Assembly (NCBI GenBank): GCA_951406725.2 | Contig: OX597829.1 | Coordinates: forward strand, 39,990,001 to 40,054,000 | Direction: 5' to 3' | DNA from: Octopus vulgaris | Taxonomy: Eukaryota | Length of the DNA stretch: 64,000 nt | Part shown: positions 40,596 to 53,544 of the stretch, in pieces | How positions within the stretch are numbered: position 1 is the first letter of the stretch | Layout: each line of letters begins with the position of its first letter | Made by a program: the position numbers and the translations under genes | The notes under the pieces: model-generated | Told to the model about the DNA's origin: nothing | Databases searched by the model: none | What the model saw: the letters and a program-made list of their open reading frames with translations, nothing else

Positions 40596-40825
40596 GGTGT
40601 GGCTAGCACATGCTTCCCACCCACATGGTTCCTGGTTCAGTCCCAAATAGCACCGTAGGCAAGTGTCTTCTACAATAACCTTCGGGCTGACGAAAGCTTT
40701 GTAAGTGAATATGGCAGACAGAAACTGAAAGAAGCCTGTCGTATGTGTGTGTGCATGTGTGTATTTATGTATGTATGTATGTATTATATACAGGCGCAAG
40801 AGTGTCTGTGTGGTAAGAAGCTTGA
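40596..40825 (+). mobile_element. Degraded SINE A head
   Basis: CACATGGTTCCTGGTTCAGTCCC...GGCAAGTGTCTTCT...GAAACTGAAAGAAGCC. Confidence 0.8.
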
Positions 40826-40949
40826 CTCTCAAAATTGTTGAAAAGGTTGCAAGATGCAACGAAAATTTTAGGAAAATAAAAATAAGAAAATAGTGGAAAT
40901 TTTACCAGTGAGTGTGTTACATTATAAGGCACAAAAAGAAAATGACTCC

Positions 40950-41210
40950 CCAGACAACAGAATATGCTTCAACACACAAACTCATGTAAAGAATCTTGCA
41001 AACCAAATCCAACGAAATCTTATCAGCAGTTCCAAGTAAAGAAATATGAAAGTTGCCACAGTTGGACTTGTTAATTTCTCTCTCATACAGTGAAATCACT
41101 ATCACATCTTCCCAATCCTGAGGAACTGGTAAAAATATTCCTCACATTGACGATGATTACAATGGTTACAAGATCACACACCACATACCACTATGCTCAA
41201 TAACCTCAGC
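40950..41210 (-). mobile_element. Decayed RTE-like RT fragment
   Basis: VPQDWEDV/IVISLY...NCGNFH.ISLL...K resembles PQDWKDA.IVTLYK...NYRGISLL. Confidence 0.55.
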
Positions 41211-41873
41211 TGATATACCATCAGCTCTTAAAAGCTTCCTGCAGTTGATCTGTTTAATTGCGATTTTGTCTTACTCTATAACTATTTCTTCAATAACATG
41301 ATGCTTGGGTAGGTCTTCATCATGAATGGATTGATGGATGGATGGATGGTGAAAAAGACCTGTGAAATGTTCTGTTTCAGAAAACTTTCGGTATCACTGA
41401 TTAAGGGTGGATCCCTTTTTAGTACAGAGAAATGCAGTAGAACTAAATAACTGTTTAACAAATAGTATATTGTTTTAGAATCTTTATACCATCTTTGACT
41501 AATTAGATATGAACAACTGCAATGCATTCTTCATTGCCCTCTCTGAAAAGTTGATTTAAGTTGCAACAATAACTCTTCTATCTTCAAATATTCTTTTCTA
41601 GGTTAATTGATATAATGCAATCTCTCGTGTAATTATTGCTTCATGTCTAGAAACTCAGATATTTCAGAGTTATTTTCATTAAACCATCTTTATCTATGCT
41701 TGTCCTAAATTTCATGATATAGACAATGGTAGCATAAAAATTTTGTTTGAAGTTTGACCAAGAATCATCTGCCTATTAATTTGCTAGAGGTTCGCATAAA
41801 ACTGCAGATATTACAGGGTCACCGAGTTTATCAATATTTAATTGTTTGACACCTTTTGATATAAATATTTTCC

Positions 41874-42278
41874 TGGCTGTGTGGTAAGTAGCTTGCTAAC
41901 CAACCACATGGTTCCGGGTTCAGTCCCACTGCGTGGCATCTTGGGCAAGTGTCTTCTGCTATAGCCCCGGGCCGACCAAAGCCTTGTGAGTGGATTTGGT
42001 AGACGGAAACTGAAAGAAGCCTGTCGTATATATGTATATATATATATATGTATGTGTGTGTATGTGTTTGTGTGTCTGTGTTAGTCTCCCTAGCATTGCT
42101 TGACAACCGATGCTGGTGTGTTTACGTCCCCGTCACTTAGTGGTTTGGCAAAAGAGACCGATAGAATAAGTACTGGGCTTACAAAGAATAAGTCCCGGGG
42201 TTGATTTGCTCGACTAAAGGCGGTGCTCCAGCATGGCCGCAGTCAAATGGTTGAAACAAGTAAAAGAGTAAAAGAGTA
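41874..42278 (+). mobile_element. SINE A
   Basis: Matches other copies. Confidence 0.93.
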
Positions 42279-42329
42279 ACAACAAGCCAAAAATTTGTTT
42301 GCACTTAAAGAGTCTTGTCTTGGCATTAA

Positions 42330-42600
42330 TGGCAAAACAGCTTCAGTTGTGACTGTAGAGAACAGTGTGTAAGTACAATGACTGCACTTGAAGGTGTTGT
42401 CTTGCCATTGTGCCATTTTCTGTAGAAGTTGGTAAATATGGATCCTTCCTCTGTAATCCTGAGTTGAAAGTCAAGTAGAAAGAGGGTTCCAGATTCATCT
42501 GGATGTTCAATCTTGAATTTGATGTTTATGTCAGTGTTACTGAAGGTCCGGTGTACGTTAATGGCCTCATCCGTGGAGGATGTGATGATAAGGATGGTGC
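42330..42600 (-). mobile_element. Penelope-like RT fragment
   Basis: ILIITSS...FSNTDINIKFKIEHPDESGTLFLLDF (PLE IKFT.E...L.FLD motif). Confidence 0.65.
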
Positions 42601-43424
42601 CATTTTCCCATTAAATATTCTTTTCTTCTTCAGCAACCTTTGGCCTCTTCATTCATTTCTTTAAACTCTTGTCTAGTTCCATTTTTCATCAAGAGATCAT
42701 CAGCAATATCCTCCAACCTTTCAGCATCCCTTTTAAGGACTTCATTCCTTGCTTGCAAACATCTTTTCAGATGAAGATGGAAGTCATTCTTGTGCTTTCA
42801 TACAGAATAGTATATTAAAATAGGTCCAGAATGAAACATCTTACTGAAGAATATATTCCAATAGATCCAGAATGAAACCACAAATAACAAACTATAAAAC
42901 ATAATCCAATAACTGAAACAAATAACAGATAACAGATAAAATGAGAAGAATGATCAAGAAGCTCTACAAATAAGCAAAACACAAAACTAAAATAAAGATG
43001 GAGATACATCACGTGTAAAATAATATAAAGACAGTACTATGAACACTACAAGGATTTGTCCTTATGTTATTTAAAAATGGGAGCTGATGATTTTCTCAGT
43101 TATCAAGTTATTCCCATAACCCTTTGTGGCTTAACACTAATTGCACACAATCTCAACAAGTTTATTTTGAAAGTGAGGCGCTAAAATTTTTGAAATGAAA
43201 GACTAATGGATTTGGATTTAGGAATGGTATTGTTCCAAACCAAACACAAAGGATTAATAAAGAAATGTGAAAAGTTCTTGAGGAAATGTAAAAAGATCAA
43301 AAGTTGAACAATTTCAATGTAACATGTTGGAAAGAATTATTGTTCCCTATGCATATATATGTATAAGTATGTAAACATATATATATATATATATATATAT
43401 AAAGTGCATGTACATGAACATAGA

Positions 43425-43935
43425 ACCAAATATCAATGGAAACAGTAGTAGTTGTGATACCTGTGCCGATGACACATAAAAAGCAGCATCCGAACGTGGC
43501 CATTGCCAGTGCAGCCTCCAATGGCTTCTGTGCCGGTGGCACATAAAAAGCACCATCCGAACGTGACCGATGCCAACCCCGCCTCGAATGGCTTCTGTGC
43601 CGGTGGCACATAAAAAGCACCATCCGAACGTGACCGATGCCAGCACCGCCTTGACTGGCTTCTGTGCCGGTAGCACAAAAAAAAAAGAAAAAAAAAAGCA
43701 CCAACTGATCGTGGCCGATGCCAGACCCCTCTGGCACCTGTGCAGGTGGCACGTAAAAAGCACCCACTACACTCGTGGAGTGGTTGGCGTTAGGAAGGGC
43801 ATGCAGCTGTAGAAGCACTGCCAGATCAGACTGGAGCCTGGGGCAGCCCCTGGCTCCCCAGACCCCGGTCGAACCGTCCAACCCATGCTAGCGGGGAAAA
43901 CGGACGTTAAACGATGAAGATGATGATGATGATGA
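43425..43935 (+). mobile_element. RTE-LINE 3' UTR-derived repeat with tandem 59-bp units
   Basis: GTGCCGGTGGCACATAAAAAGCACC repeats; ends GGACGTTAAACGATGA. Confidence 0.85.
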
Positions 43936-44002
43936 TATATATATATATATATATGCTGGTGTCCCAGCATGACCACAGCTTTGAAGCTGAAACATTTTAA
44001 CG

Positions 44003-44047
<45 letters not shown>

Positions 44048-44102
44048 TATATATATACACACATATATATATATATACATACATTTATATGTATGTATAT
44101 AC

Positions 44103-44150
<48 letters not shown>

Positions 44151-44609
44151 ATTTATATACATATGCATCCACACACAAATACATATGCACATCCATACAT
44201 GCATACATACATAGATATATATACACACACATAGACATGCAAACACACTTGCTCACATACATCATACTCACAGAAACACATAGACACACACATAAATATA
44301 CACTTGCACACAGAGATATTAACAACAGTGAAAATGTGTAATCCAAGAAAACCGTTGGTGGTCTGTGTCAGCAAAAATTAATAAATTAATCCATGGGAGG
44401 GTTCAATGGAAAAGTTCAGAGAGTTGATTTGCTGTGAGATGTGAAAGTAATCTAGCATGCTTAGTGTTTATTATCTGAGAGAGAGAGAGAGAGAAAAAGA
44501 GAGAGGGGGAGAGAGAGATGGAGAGGGTGAGAACAAAAGAAGGATAGGAAGAGAAAAAGAGAGAAAGGAGGAGCGAAAGAATATTTATACATGTATGTGT
44601 GTGTATATG

Positions 44610-44733
44610 TACGTATGTATGTATGTATGTATGTATGTATGTATGTATGTATGTATGTATGTATGTGTGCATCTATCTATCTATCTATCCATCCATTCAT
44701 CCATCCATCCATCCATCCATCCATCCATCCATC

Positions 44734-44813
<80 letters not shown>

Positions 44814-44905
44814 GTCTATCCATCCATCCATCCATCCATCCATCCATCCATCCATCCATCCATCCATCCATCCATCCATCCATCCATCCATCCATCCATC
44901 CATCC

Positions 44906-44985
<80 letters not shown>
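44610..44985. repeat. (TATG)/(TCTA)/(TCCA) compound microsatellite
   Basis: Direct inspection. Confidence 0.97.
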
Positions 44986-45212
44986 GGTGAGCTGGCAGAA
45001 ATGTTAGCATGCCGGGCGAAATGCATAGCCGTATTTCATCTGCTGTTACGTTCTGAGTTCAAATTCTGCCAAGGTCGACTTTGCCTTTCATCCTTTCGGG
45101 GTTGATAAATAAAGTACCAGTTACGCACTGGGGTCGATGTAATCGACTTAATCCGTTTGTCTGTCTTTGTTTGTCCCTTCTATGTTTAGCCCCTTATGGG
45201 CAATAAAGAAAT
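44986..45212 (+). mobile_element. SINE B
   Basis: Full copy. Confidence 0.92.
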
Positions 45213-45274
45213 CTATATGTCTATCTATCTATCTATCCATCCATCCATCCATCCACCTATCTATCTATCTATCT

Positions 45275-45308
<34 letters not shown>

Positions 45309-45761
45309 CTGTGTGTGTGTATATATATATGTGTGTGTGTGTATATATACACATATGTACATATTATGTGTATATGTCTGTGCGTGTATATAGATCTATA
45401 TTTATATAAAATCTATTGTTGCCTCTATACACTGCATAATGATGACATATATAAACACATATACACATACAAACACACGTGTGGCTGTTGTATGTGACGA
45501 AATAATCTTTTCCCCTATAAGTGGTGCAAGACCTAAAATTTTTAGGGAGAGGATATTACACTGATACCCGTACTTGATTGACACCTATTTTATGGACCCT
45601 TGTAAGGATGAATAGTAAACATCAAAATTTGAACTCCAGATGTAAAGCCTCAAAAAGTGCTGCTTAATCTTTTGTTCAATGTACTCAGAATAATGCCTGC
45701 TCGTTGCTGTATGTGATGAAATAATGCCATAGTAGTGTTGTTATTGAGTACTGTTGTTTAA

Positions 45762-46256
45762 CCTTTTAATATTTAACCTGGCCATGTCAGGCCCAAAATA
45801 TATTCTACTTGTTTTATGTTAAAAGTGGTCAGATCTGGCCTCTCATACCTATTTCTTTATTACCCACAAGGGGCTAAACACAGAGAGGACAAACAAGGAC
45901 AGACAAACGGATTAAGTCGATTACATCGACCCCAGTGCATAACTGGTGCTTAATTTATCGACCCCGAAAGGATGAAAGGCAAAGTCGATCTCAGAGGAAT
46001 TTGAACTCAGAACGTAACGACAGACGAAATGCCGCTGAGCATTTCGCCCGGCGTGCTAACGTTTCTGCCAGCTTGCTGCCTTTCAGGCCTCTCATACCTA
46101 CCATACAGTGTCATTCTTAGAATAAACAATCATTTTATTGAAGTTTCAAAGCTATGAAGTTTCAAATGCATGATTAATACAAAACTATGAATAAATAAGC
46201 ATTTGACAGAATAATTTGACAGAATATTTGACAGAATAATTTGAAATGCTAATGGG
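45762..46256 (+). mobile_element. TTAA-flanked piggyBac-like MITE interrupted by SINE B (45852-46080, minus)
   Basis: TTAA|CC...GGG|TTAA ends. SINE TSD GGCCTCTCATACCTA (45837-45851 / 46086-46100). Confidence 0.8.
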
Positions 46257-46449
46257 TTAAATGAATCAAAACTAGACCAGTTCACTCCCACAAAGCTATG
46301 ATTAAAGATGCTCCAGCCATGACCATCCCATCTTTTTATTTATTCAAATATTTATTTATTTTCTAAGGTATCCCCTAACCTGTCTTCTTCACCATCTCCT
46401 CTCTTTTGTCTCCCTTCTCTGTTTTTCCAACAGGGGTAACCAAGTATCT

Positions 46450-46682
46450 TATTTCTTTACTACCCATAAGGGGCTAAACACAGAGGGGACAAACAAGGAC
46501 AGACAAACGGATTAAGTCGATTATATCAACCCCAGTGCGTAAGTGGTACTTTATTTATCGACCCCGAAAGAATTAAAGGCAAAGTCGACCTCAGTGGAAT
46601 TTGAACTCAGAACGTAACAGCAGACGAAATACGGCTACACATTTCGCCCGGCGTGCTAATGTTTCTGCCAGCTCACTGCCCT
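46450..46682 (-). mobile_element. SINE B
   Basis: Full copy with TSD AAGTATCTT. Confidence 0.92.
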
Positions 46683-46787
46683 TAAGTATCTTCTCAACAG
46701 TAACACACCTGTTTCTATCCCTCAATCATATCTTAGGCTCTCGTCACCAAACACAAAGCCGCTCCCACTAATACTACTCCTCGCCTC

Positions 46788-46942
46788 AGGTGCCACATAA
46801 AAAGCATCCAGTACACTCTGTAAAATGGTTGGCATTAGGAAAGGCATCCAGTCATATATATTTAGCCAAAACATACAGTAGAGCTTGGCACAGCTCCTGC
46901 CAAATTGCCCAGCCAATACAAGCATGGATGGAGGACATGAAA

Positions 46943-46974
<32 letters not shown>

Positions 46975-46980
46975 ATGATG
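46788..46980 (+). mobile_element. RTE 3' UTR fragment
   Basis: GTTGGCATTAGGAAAGGCATCCAG...GCATGGA..GGACATGAAATGATGATG. Confidence 0.75.
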
Positions 46981-47808
46981 ACATGAAGCAGATTCTCTTA
47001 TGAGTTCTTTAAGTGAACAGTGAAGAAAAGGAGATGTAAATAGAGATATGTTTAGCTGCTCTTTCTAACATGTCAAGTAATGGCATAGTTGGTTCCAATG
47101 AAAGGTATGTATGTCAGAAGTGGTGAGGCCAGGGAAAAGATGAAAGAAACTATAATGGGGTGATGGCCATGATGATGATGACTAATGATTGATGATCATG
47201 ATGATGATGATGTCAGCAGCAGCAGTGGTGGTCATGGTATTAATGGTTGAATGGTTGTGGTGGTGATGGTAGTGGTAGTGGTGGGGGTGGTGATGATGAT
47301 AGTAATGATGATGAAGGCAATAATGATGGTTGTGGTGATGATGATGCTGTTGTTGTTGTTGGTGGTGGTGGTAATGATGATGATAATGATGGTGGTATTG
47401 ACAATAATAATGATGTTGATGATGATAGTAATGATGATGAAGGCAATGGTGAGGATGATGGAGGTGATGATGATGGTGCTGTTGTTGTTGTTGCTGATGG
47501 TAGTGGTGGTGTTGGTGGCGGCGGTGGTGCTGATGGTGGTGGTGGTGGTGGTGGTGCTGATGTAATGATGTTTGTCTTTTTTACAACAAAGTCAGTGGTG
47601 GTGGTGGTGGGGGGGATTAAGCTATGCGCATGACCTTCCACAGTTGCCCATCCCTAATAAGATTGTTGGCGTGGTTGGGTTGATGTACAGCAGGAACATC
47701 CAGTAAATCAACAACAGCAGGAAATAAAAAAAAAAAGAGATGGGTGGGAAGGAAAATGTTGTTGGGGTGATGATTGGTTATATATAGAGAGAGACAGACA
47801 GACATATA

Positions 47809-47845
<37 letters not shown>

Positions 47846-47850
47846 CAAAT

Positions 47851-47963
47851 TAAGCAACAAGGATATCCAAGGTAGTGTAGTACAATCGTTTCATGCTACT
47901 TCATTTGAAATGAAGTAGCATGAAACAATTGTACTACACTACCTTGGATATCCTTGTTGCTTA
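47851..47963. repeat. Near-perfect palindrome (56-bp arms, 1-nt loop), PLE-type inverted end
   Basis: Arms 47851-47906 / 47908-47963 with one CpG-type mismatch. Confidence 0.9.
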
Positions 47964-48065
47964 TTTAGATTATAATCACCCCATTTGATTTATATGGATA
48001 ATACCATACAAAATTCTGGTGCCTTTAACTTAAGTACCATATTCATCTGAATCTAAATTTTGCTG

Positions 48066-48104
<39 letters not shown>

Positions 48105-48379
48105 TGGAACGGCAACTACAATATCTTTATATGTTTTATTTCTACTTTCATTCTCTTATTTCCCTCTATATTTCCTATCTTCTCCTTTTCCATAATAATT
48201 CTGTATTTCAAACTCAAATATTACTTCTCTTTAACCATCTCACATTGTCTCATGAAGTGATATCCATAATATCCCAGAAACACCTGTAAGACTATATCTA
48301 TATCTTTTTACTTATTAATGTCCTGAAAATTCCTCACAGCCTCGGCTTTGTTATCTCATTTTGTCTACTATATATATAT

Positions 48380-49340
48380 ATATAAGTAAATAAAGGGAGT
48401 TGAATGCAATCTTATCAGGAAAGAAAGAGAACTTATCTCAACAACAAAAATTCTATATACCATTGTAGAATTTCTTGCGGTACTGATGTCTACTTCTACA
48501 CAGGCGCATCCTCTTCCCAGTTATCTAAGAAAGTTTCAAATTATTATTCTTCAGTTAGGGATAGCAGTAAACGTCATAGCACAGGGCTAAGTAAATTGGT
48601 TTGGTATCTTAAAGACAACAATAAGGATTTTAAGTTAGATTGGTTCATCCTGTCCATCTCTTTCCCTTATGACAAGGGCAAAGGATTTTGTAACATTTGC
48701 AACTCTGAACTCTTCCATATTCTCTTCTCTAAGAATCACCTTGTTAACACACTTATAGAGCGATCTTACAAATGTAAGCACTGGCAGAAACATACCTTTA
48801 GCTCATATAAGTGATTTTTACCAGTCTTTATAGTTTGAACATTTAGTTCAACTTGCACTTTACTTGCACTACTTCCAAGCCTTTGAACATTTTTTCAACC
48901 AATATATCCCTCTTTATTTGTTCTCTACTTATTATTTCTTTACCTCTTCTCTTCCTAGTGTCTGCCTTTGACGTTGAATCTACTAACGGTTTTTTTTAAA
49001 TACTTAATAGCGTTCTGTTTATCATTTATGCAGTCATCAAAATTGTTATAATGTCTTGTTGTTGAGATAGGTTCTCTTTCCTTCCTGATGAGAAGATTGC
49101 ATTTTACACCGTTTATTCCTTTGGAATAAAACCAATGTTGTTTTCGAAACATATGTCGAAAGTAAAAGAATTTGAATAGCATCTGCGTTCAACTCCATTT
49201 ATTTACTTATACTATACAAATTACTGCACATTAACCTGGAGTTTCTACCTTTGAATAGGTCGCTACATCCTTGTTACTTGCGTGAATTTTGCTACCCTGG
49301 TAACTGTTTATTGAATTTTCCATGTTAAAAGTAAGCAAAG
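48380..49340 (+). mobile_element. Penelope-like element 3' part: GIY-YIG endonuclease C-terminus plus 3' UTR with hammerhead
   Basis: SIYHC...YFYTG...STGLSKLVWYLK...W.IL...CNICNSE...CKH..K is the PLE endonuclease pattern. Confidence 0.75.
49081..49162 (+). ncRNA. Type I hammerhead ribozyme with intact catalytic core
   Basis: CTGATGA (49085-91), G-C closed long stem II, GAAA (49146-49), palindromic stem III ACATATGT, GUC cleavage triplet (C49157), stem I TTC/GAA extending with mismatches. Confidence 0.8.
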
Positions 49341-49880
49341 GATAATTCATTCATCCATTTATATATATATATATAAATATATATATAAATATATATATAC
49401 AAATGCATACATACACACACACATGTGTGCATGCACACACACACTCATGGAGCTATTAATGATGGGTTCTTCAGCAGCACCTGTCTAGTATTCCTGGGTT
49501 TACATTTTGAAAATTGTTTATGATCTGTGTGTTTGTTTATTTTATTTTTTTATCCATGCCTTAAATAAATAAATTCTTGGAAATAACTAATAAATTCAAT
49601 GATAAAACACCACATATATTTGTATATTTCTCTCTCTCACTCTCTCTCTCTCTCTCCCTCTGTTTCTAACTTTTGGATATAAAACACGAAGAGTGGGTAT
49701 GAAAGAGAGAGAGGGAGGGAGGTAAAGAGTGTTGAGGGAAAGTAAGAGATAGGAGATGAAGAAAGTAGCAGAAATAGACAATAAGGATTAGATGAAGTGA
49801 GAAACAGATTAAGCTTGAGAGGTAATTTAAGTGTGTAAGAGAAAGAGAAAAAGAGAGAGAGAGAGAGAGAAAGAGAAAGA

Positions 49881-49911
<31 letters not shown>

Positions 49912-50251
49912 GGAATAGAAAGTTATATGTGGAGGGAGAAAGAAATAGGGGTTGGGGAAAGAAGTAGGCATAGAACTATTTTCTATGTCTTTTTGAAGTG
50001 TGTGTATTGGTAAATTAAATAATTGCATGATGGGTTGATGGTCTCTTATGTTCCAGTATCACTTTGGATAAGGTCTTCAAAGGGAATCACTTCCATGCAG
50101 AGCCAAATAAACGTTTTTCACATGCAAGCATTTGAAGGACACTCGTTTTTTTTTAAAAAACAATCCAATAAAATGAAGAGTCTTTTACAAAAATATCAGT
50201 TCCATAGGCCATCTCTTTTATCATGGATTCACTTGACGTGTGTGTGTGTGT

Positions 50252-50323
<72 letters not shown>

Positions 50324-50429
50324 GTCTTAGTTTCTTCTACTACCGCCACTCCCTATGGAACATCTGTCAATGAGAGATCTCCACTAAGCATGGTTGCAAG
50401 GTTTGTCATGAACTGGCTCCCAGGTTAGA

Positions 50430-50660
50430 CAAATATCTGCCTGATCCTCCACCACAGATCTCAGTCAGATTATAACAAGACGCCATGATAGATTCTTAGC
50501 CACTACACACATTTTTTTCTCTCCTTGATTTTTCCATATCCCTTTCTGTAGAAGAGCGTAGAAGACTTTTTCTATTCCTGAGCGTTATACTTATACTAAT
50601 ACATCTGTTTGTTTTGTACACTACCTGTCTTCGTCTTTTGTTTTTTTCGTAAACTCCCCC
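50430..50660 (+). mobile_element. PLE-type terminal repeat (family of ~21040-21225), HHR partly deleted
   Basis: CTTTCTGTAGAAGAGCGTAG..AAGACTTT...CCTGTCTTCGTCTTTTGTTTTT shared with the 21.1-kb copy. Confidence 0.55.
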
Positions 50661-51169
50661 TAACAACAAGTCTACCTCATCTCAAACACCACCCATTTTT
50701 TGAGTTCCACTCACAAGATGCAGCTCTCACTAGTCTCTTCTTGTGCATGTTTATCACACGGCTGAGCAGTTCCAAGCATCTCAGTGACAGTATTATAGGT
50801 TATTCAACCTGGCACTTTCCACAACATCATTCTTGACATGGTCACACCAGAACCAAAAAGTTCTTAGTACGGCCCTAAGGCAACACCTTGTGGAAGGCAT
50901 CTACAATTTTACAGATCGAATTGGTCTCAGAAGTATTAATTGCCATCAGCAAGGTAATTGATGTATGCAAGGAAAGTTTGAAACCTTGGTTGATATAAAT
51001 ATATCATACTACACTAGTTCCTTTGTTCCTAGTGACCCTGCCATTCTGTGTTGATGCTTATCATGTATAGTGACTCATGTAGGAGTGGTCCCAGTTTTCT
51101 AAATATCATAACCTTGGTACATTAGTGTATCATTTACTCTTTATGATAATGAGTTATGAAAGGAAAGCT

Positions 51170-52110
51170 CTAGGTAAAAGGAGAAAATAATATGAGCATT
51201 CATTCAAAGAGGAATGGCTGCAAAATCCTGAATTTAAGGACTGGCAATCAGTGAGATAAACATGATAAAGTTAGCTACTGTAAATGCTGAAATACTGTAA
51301 ACTTTGAGAAATACAAATAAATCTACGCTAATGAAACAATAAACTTTTGTTGAACATTTGGTAAACTCAAGAATTGCTTTGATGTAGTTTAATCTACCAT
51401 TGATTTTTTTTTTTTTTTTTGCTCAAGACGGGAAAAAGTCAATGAAGAGAACCCCCAAAAAAGGACTGCCTTTTGCTGGCTATTATGTTGGGCAGAAACG
51501 TTGGAATGCTGGGTGAAATGCCTATCAGTATTTCGTCTTTCCTTACATTCTGAGTTTGAATTCTGCTGAGGTCAACTTTGCCATTCATCCTTTCAGGATC
51601 AATAAATTAAGTACCAGTAGTGTACTGGGTTCGATCTAATCGACAGGCCCTCTCCCCCAAAATTTTGGGTCTTGGACCTACAGTAGAAAAGATTATGTTG
51701 AACATAATATTCCCTTTGCAAATATTGATCAACTTCTGACTATGTAGAGAAGAGCATTTCCGCAAAGTCAGATTACCGAAAAATTATCAATGAAAAGAAA
51801 AAAACTTTAGTATGTCATTGAGGATGGAATAGCTTTTCTCTGAGACGCAAGAGTTTTCTAATCATAATGGATGAAAATACAGATATTTTAGGTACCCAAA
51901 TTTTGTTGAATAAACATATCAAGACACATTATAAGGTACCCAATTGAAATTGAAATGGCTCCCTTTACAATGCTGTCAGATCTACCTTAAACAAAAGAAA
52001 TATTCTTCTTGGAAATATTATTGAATTTGAAAGCAATAATTTTTCTGTGATAAGTACCAAAATTAGGCTCCTGAAATTATTGAATGACAATGGATCTTCT
52101 GTTTGTATAA
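51170..52110 (+). mobile_element. Highly decayed hAT transposase relic with SINE B (51491-51691) inserted
   Basis: YEHSFKEEWLQNPEFKDW, EHNIPF, IIMDENTDI. SINE TSD ATTATGTTG. Confidence 0.6.
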
Positions 52111-52117
52111 CAAGTTA

Positions 52118-52558
52118 CAAAGGGCTGCAGAAAAGTTCCTGGCTTTAACCCTTTAGTGTTAGCATTATTCTGCCAAAATTAATCCTTTTTTATCCACATT
52201 GTTTTGAACTAATCATGCATCATCTTGTAGCTATGAGATTTTGATGAGGTAACTGTTAATTTTTAAAACGATATTGTAGGACTGGTGTAAGGGACCAGAT
52301 CTGGCCAGTTTGAACATAAAACAGGCACTATACTTTTGGCCGGATATGGCCGGTTTAAATGCTAAAGGGTTAAGGGTATTTTGAAGGGCCTAGTTGGAGG
52401 ACCAACCTTTTGAGTTCTTTTACAGAGCTAGAAAGACTGAAGAACTGCTGCAATAAGTGTGAGAATCTGAAAGAAGATTGCGTTAAATAAAATCATAATT
52501 AACTGATCTTCCAGTATTTTCTTTTACCCAAAGCCAGGAACTTTTCAGCACTCCCTTG
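52118..52558. mobile_element. Mariner-type MITE containing a piggyBac-like MITE (52149-52369)
   Basis: TIR CAAAGGGCTGCAGAAAAGTTCCTGGCTTT / AAAGCCAGGAACTTTTCAGCACTCCCTTG. Inner element TTAA|CCCTTTAG...CTAAAGGG|TTAA. Confidence 0.85.
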
Positions 52559-52704
52559 AATATGCCATACTTTAAAAACATCTTACTTTTCTTTTTAGAA
52601 GTAAGAAACAAGGAGCCTTCACATTTATTTTAGAAATCATTGTGACAATTTGCTACAAAATATCTGAATTTATACAAACAAGGGAGCTTTCTCATAAAAC
52701 TGTT

Positions 52705-52930
52705 TTTGGTTCCAAATTTTGGCACAAGGCCAGCAATTTCAGGGGTGGGTGATGTAAGTTGATTACATTAACCCCCAGTGTTTAACAAGTACTTATTTTA
52801 TCAATCCTGAAGGGATGAAAGCAAAATCAACCTCAGCAGAATTTGAACTCAGAATGTAGAGACAGACGAAATACCGCTAGGTATTTTTCCCAGCATTTTA
52901 ATAATAATAATTCTGTCAGTTCATCACCTT
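52705..52930 (-). mobile_element. Older SINE B subfamily copy
   Basis: GAATTTGAACTCAGAAT...GACGAAATACCGCTA block. Confidence 0.8.
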
Positions 52931-53055
52931 TCATGAAACGGTTATTACAATGATACTAGAATAATTTAGTGCTTTATTTCTTCAATTTTGAAGTAAATTC
53001 CAAAGTGAAATTTATTTCCAAAAGTTGATGGTGACAGAAGAGATAAGGTATTGTT

Positions 53056-53318
53056 AAAAAAAAAATAAATGTTCCTTCTCAAGCCATGCCAGGCTCATAA
53101 GGGCTGGCTTCCCGGTTTCAGGGGTGTAGAAATTCCCCACCTGGATGGGACGCCAGTCCGTCACAGGAGTACTCATTTTTGCCAGCTGAGTGGACTGGAG
53201 CAACGTGAAAATGAAGTGTTTTGCTCAAGGACACAATGCATTGCCCGGTCCAGGAATCGAAACCACAACCTTACAATCATGAGTTCAACACCCTAACCAC
53301 TAAGCCACACACCTCCAC
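53056..53318 (-). mobile_element. tRNA-derived SINE, third family
   Basis: Minus strand GTGGCTTAGTGGTTAG...GGTTTCGATTCC, TGTCCTTGAGCAA. TSD AGATAAGGTATTG. Confidence 0.85.
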
Positions 53319-53544
53319 AGATAAGGTATTGAGCAATCAGAGATCCAAGAACATGCTATTTGTCCTTCACTGTTTGTTGGTGAGTGTCAAATTCCAATCT
53401 GAACATTTCAGATTACATCTGTTTTTAACATCATCGCAACACGAGAACCTCTTGGGTTTCTTTATTAAAGATAAACAACCAAAGAAAATTAAATTATCAG
53501 AAACTGATTTCAGGCATTTTCAGTAATTTACAAAAGCAATTAAC

